DNA of 64,000 nt from Mobula hypostoma (lineage: Eukaryota), in the NCBI RefSeq assembly GCF_963921235.1, contig NC_086101.1:117676001-117740000 (forward strand), in the 5' to 3' direction. Each line of letters opens with the position of its first letter. The stretch's first letter is position 1. The notes under the pieces are model-generated. The model did not search any database. It was given only the letters and a program-made list of their open reading frames with translations, and was not told where the DNA came from. Positions 61,197-64,000 of this stretch are shown here, piece by piece. Position numbers and translations under genes: made by a program.

Positions 61197-61734
61197 GCTG
61201 GAGGAGGAAATCGAACTCAGTTCTCTGGAGGTGTGAGACAGCGGTTCTACTTACTGTGTCGACTGTGAGGATGGGATTTCCATATGGTCCAGACTGCAGG
61301 ACGACTGCAAGCAGCTGCCCTACGAGCAGAGTCTTAACTCTGTTGGGTTCCTTTTAAGCAATATTTTGAATCCTCAGCAGGTGGAGAAAGGTAGCTCAGC
61401 GGTGAAGAGTGACTAATCCTGAGGTGCTGGCGAACAGCCAAGACCTCTCACTGAGTGTCTCAGCACCTGTCAGTTCAAGAGCCATGCAAGAACTCATTTC
61501 TTATCACCCAGATAAAGAATAAGCCCTAACGCATAAAAACTGTATGAGTCTCCCTCTCATAGACTAAGCCACAGACACAAACTCCACTTCCTGATAACCG
61601 TCCCACTAATACAACTGTACAGTAATGATTCTGCCCCAGGGCAGTAGCAGATTCAATGTGTGGAGTGTTCAGTCAGTACCAGGAATAGTCATTAGCTGAG
61701 GAGAACTCTGACAGCTCATGGGGAAGGAAGCCCA

Positions 61735-62092
61735 TAAGACCATAAGACACAGAAGCAGAATTAGGCCATTTGGCCCATTGTGTCTGCTCCACCAATCAAT
61801 CGTGGCTGATATATTTTCCCTCTCAACCCCATTCTCCTGCCTTCTCCCCGTAACCTTTCATGCCCTGATAAATCAACCTCCACTTTAAATATACCCAATG
61901 ACTTGGCCTCCACAGCAACGAATTCCACAGATTCACCACCCTCTGGCTAAAGAGATTCCACCTCATCTCTGTTCTAAATGAATGTCCCTCTATTCCAGGT
62001 GTCCCAACCTTTTTGATGCCATGGACTCCTACCATTAATCGAGGGGTCTGTGGATTGAGAACCCCTGCTCCACTATTAGGCAATATCCTCTG
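61735..62092 (-). mobile_element. CR1 3' fragment containing an hAT-like MITE (61996-62067)
   Basis: cataagaccataagac tail; caggtgtcccaacc...gattgagaacccctg. Confidence 0.82.
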
Positions 62093-62099
62093 ACCTTAC

Positions 62100-64000
62100 A
62101 GAATCAGAATCAGGTTTATTATCACCAGCAACTGTCATGAAATTAGTTAACCTTGTGGTAGCAGTACAATGAAATGCAGGATTAAGGAAAACCCCAAGGC
62201 ATTCCACAAGTATGTGAAGAGTAAGAGGATAAGACATGAAAGAATAGGACTAATCAAGAGTGACAGTGGAAAAGTGTGTATGGAACCGGAGGAGATAGCA
62301 GAGGTACTTAATGAATACTTTGCTTCAGTATTCACTACAGAAAAGGATCTTGGCGATTGTAGGGATGACTTACACGGACTGAAAAGCTTGAGCATATAGA
62401 CATTAAAAAAGAGGATGTGCTGGAGCTTTTGGAAAGCACCAAGTTGGATAAGTCTCCGGGATCCGACGAGATATACCCCAGGCTACTGTGGGAGGCAAGG
62501 GAGGAGATTGCTGAGCCTCTGTCAATGATCTTTGCATCATCAAATACATGATAAATAAATATAGAGAGAAGAACTGAGCTACATTAAGTATATATATGTT
62601 TTTAAATAGACAAGTCAAAATAAATACTGCAAATTAACAGAAATAAAAAAGCAGTGAGGTAGTGTTCATGAATTCAATGTCCATTCAAAAATCAGATGGC
62701 TGAGGGGAAGAAGCTGTTCCTGAATCGTTGAGTGTGTGCCTTCAGGCTCCTGTACCTCCTTCCCGATGGTAAGTGTGAAGAGGGCCTGTCCTGGGTGGTG
62801 GGGGTCTTTAATGATGGGAGCCACCTTCCCAAGACACCGCTTCTTGAAGATACTACAGAGGATGGAAACCATGGTAGAACTGCGCACGCGCCCTCCATAC
62901 CAGAGAGTGATGCAGCCAGTCAGAATGCTCTCCACGGTAGAAGGCTTTGAGTGTTTTAGTTGACAAACCAAATTTCCATAAACTCCTAATGAAATATAGC
63001 GGCTGCCTTGCCTTCTTTATAGCTGCATCAATATGTTGCATCCATGTTAGGCCTGAGATATTGACACCCAGTAACTTGAAATTTGCTCACTCTCTCCGCT
63101 TCTGATTCCTCTGTGAGGATTGGTTTGTGTTCCCTCTTCTTACCCTTTCTGAAGTCCACAATCAGATCTTTGGTCTTACTGATGCTGAATACAAGGTTGT
63201 TGCTGCGACACCACTCAACCAGCTGGTATATCTCGCTCCTGTACACCCCCTCGTCCCCATCTGAGACTCTGCCAACAAGCAACCCGTATCATCAGCAAAT
63301 ATATAGATGGCATCTGAGCTGTTCCTAGCCACTGATTCATGGGAATAGGGAGAGTAGAGCTGTAGGCTAAGCTCACATTATTGAGTTGCACCAGTGTTGA
63401 TCGTCAGCGAGGAGGAGTTATTAATTCCAATCCACACAGCTTGTAGTCTTCTGGTTTGGGAGTCGAGGATTCAATAACTGAGGGAGGTACAGAAACCCAC
63501 CTTCCATGGCTTATCAATCAGGACTGTAGGAATTACGGTATTAAACGCTGAGCTGTAGTCAACAAACAGGATCCCGACATAGGTGCTTGTGTTGTCCAGG
63601 TGATCTAAGACCGTGTGAAGAGCCATTGAGACAGCGTCTGTTGTAGTTCTATTGGGCAATAGGCAAATTACAACGGCTCCAGGTCCTTGCTGAGGCAGGT
63701 GTTGATTCTGGCCATGACCAACCTCTCAAACCATTTCATCACCAGAGACAGATTTTCGATCACCCTCCGAAGTGCTGATTCATCACCACATCGGAGGCCA
63801 CATGGGTTCAATGTCCATTCAGAAATCAGAAGGCAGAGGGGAAGAAGCTGTTCCTGAATCGTTGAGTATGTGCCTTCAGGCTCATTAACTCCTACCTGAT
63901 GGTAGCAATGAGAACAAGGCATGACCTGGGTGACGGGGTCCTTAATTATGGATGCCTCCTTTTTGAGAGTTTGCTCCTTGAAGATGTCCTGGAATACTAC
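62100..64000 (-). mobile_element. Rex-Babar LINE fragments (RT region to 3' end) with an internal CR1 piece at 62176-62542 (+)
   Basis: MKWFERLV; LFVDYSSAFNTVIP; WCRSNNLVFSISKTKDLIVDFRK; LPSGRRYRSLKAHTQRFRNSFFPSAI. Confidence 0.88.

Noticed and set aside
38142-64000. Search for an A1-type insert (VKRISKECARKP...CRKG) or the upstream constitutive exon
   Set aside because: Not found by eye. Absence of A1 fits NLGN2, and the upstream exon is presumably beyond the window. The two N gaps could hide a short exon.

Overview
Vertebrate genomic DNA. The repeat content (V-SINEs, CR1, Rex-Babar, Penelope, Tc1) suggests a cartilaginous fish, probably a ray; this is an inference. The window is mostly intronic sequence of a neuroligin gene on the minus strand, best matching NLGN2. 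Two exons are recognisable: the 57-nt alternative splice-site-A (A2-type) exon at 38085-38141 (GPLTKKPDDNGAFGGLEDE) and the 150-nt constitutive exon at 153-302 ([26 protein letters not shown]...RLGVLG). Most of the rest is decayed retro- and DNA transposons, a ~14 kb degenerate 23-bp minisatellite zone and two assembly gaps. The main unexplained signal is in the ~37.8 kb intron between A2 and the constitutive exon. It holds two non-repeat islands, each with a stop-free, phase-1/phase-1, frame-preserving candidate cassette exon (48 nt at 37059-37106; 99 nt at 5789-5887), suggesting an expanded site-A splice code. An exact 16-nt motif follows both A2 and the 48-nt candidate. Other observations: RBFOX and UG-rich motifs around A2, a ~0.5 kb inverted duplication spanning 21 kb upstream of A2, and several degenerate Penelope-type hammerhead ribozyme motifs. 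Almost all other ORFs in the track are spurious or repeat-derived. Repeat boundaries were read by eye and are approximate.
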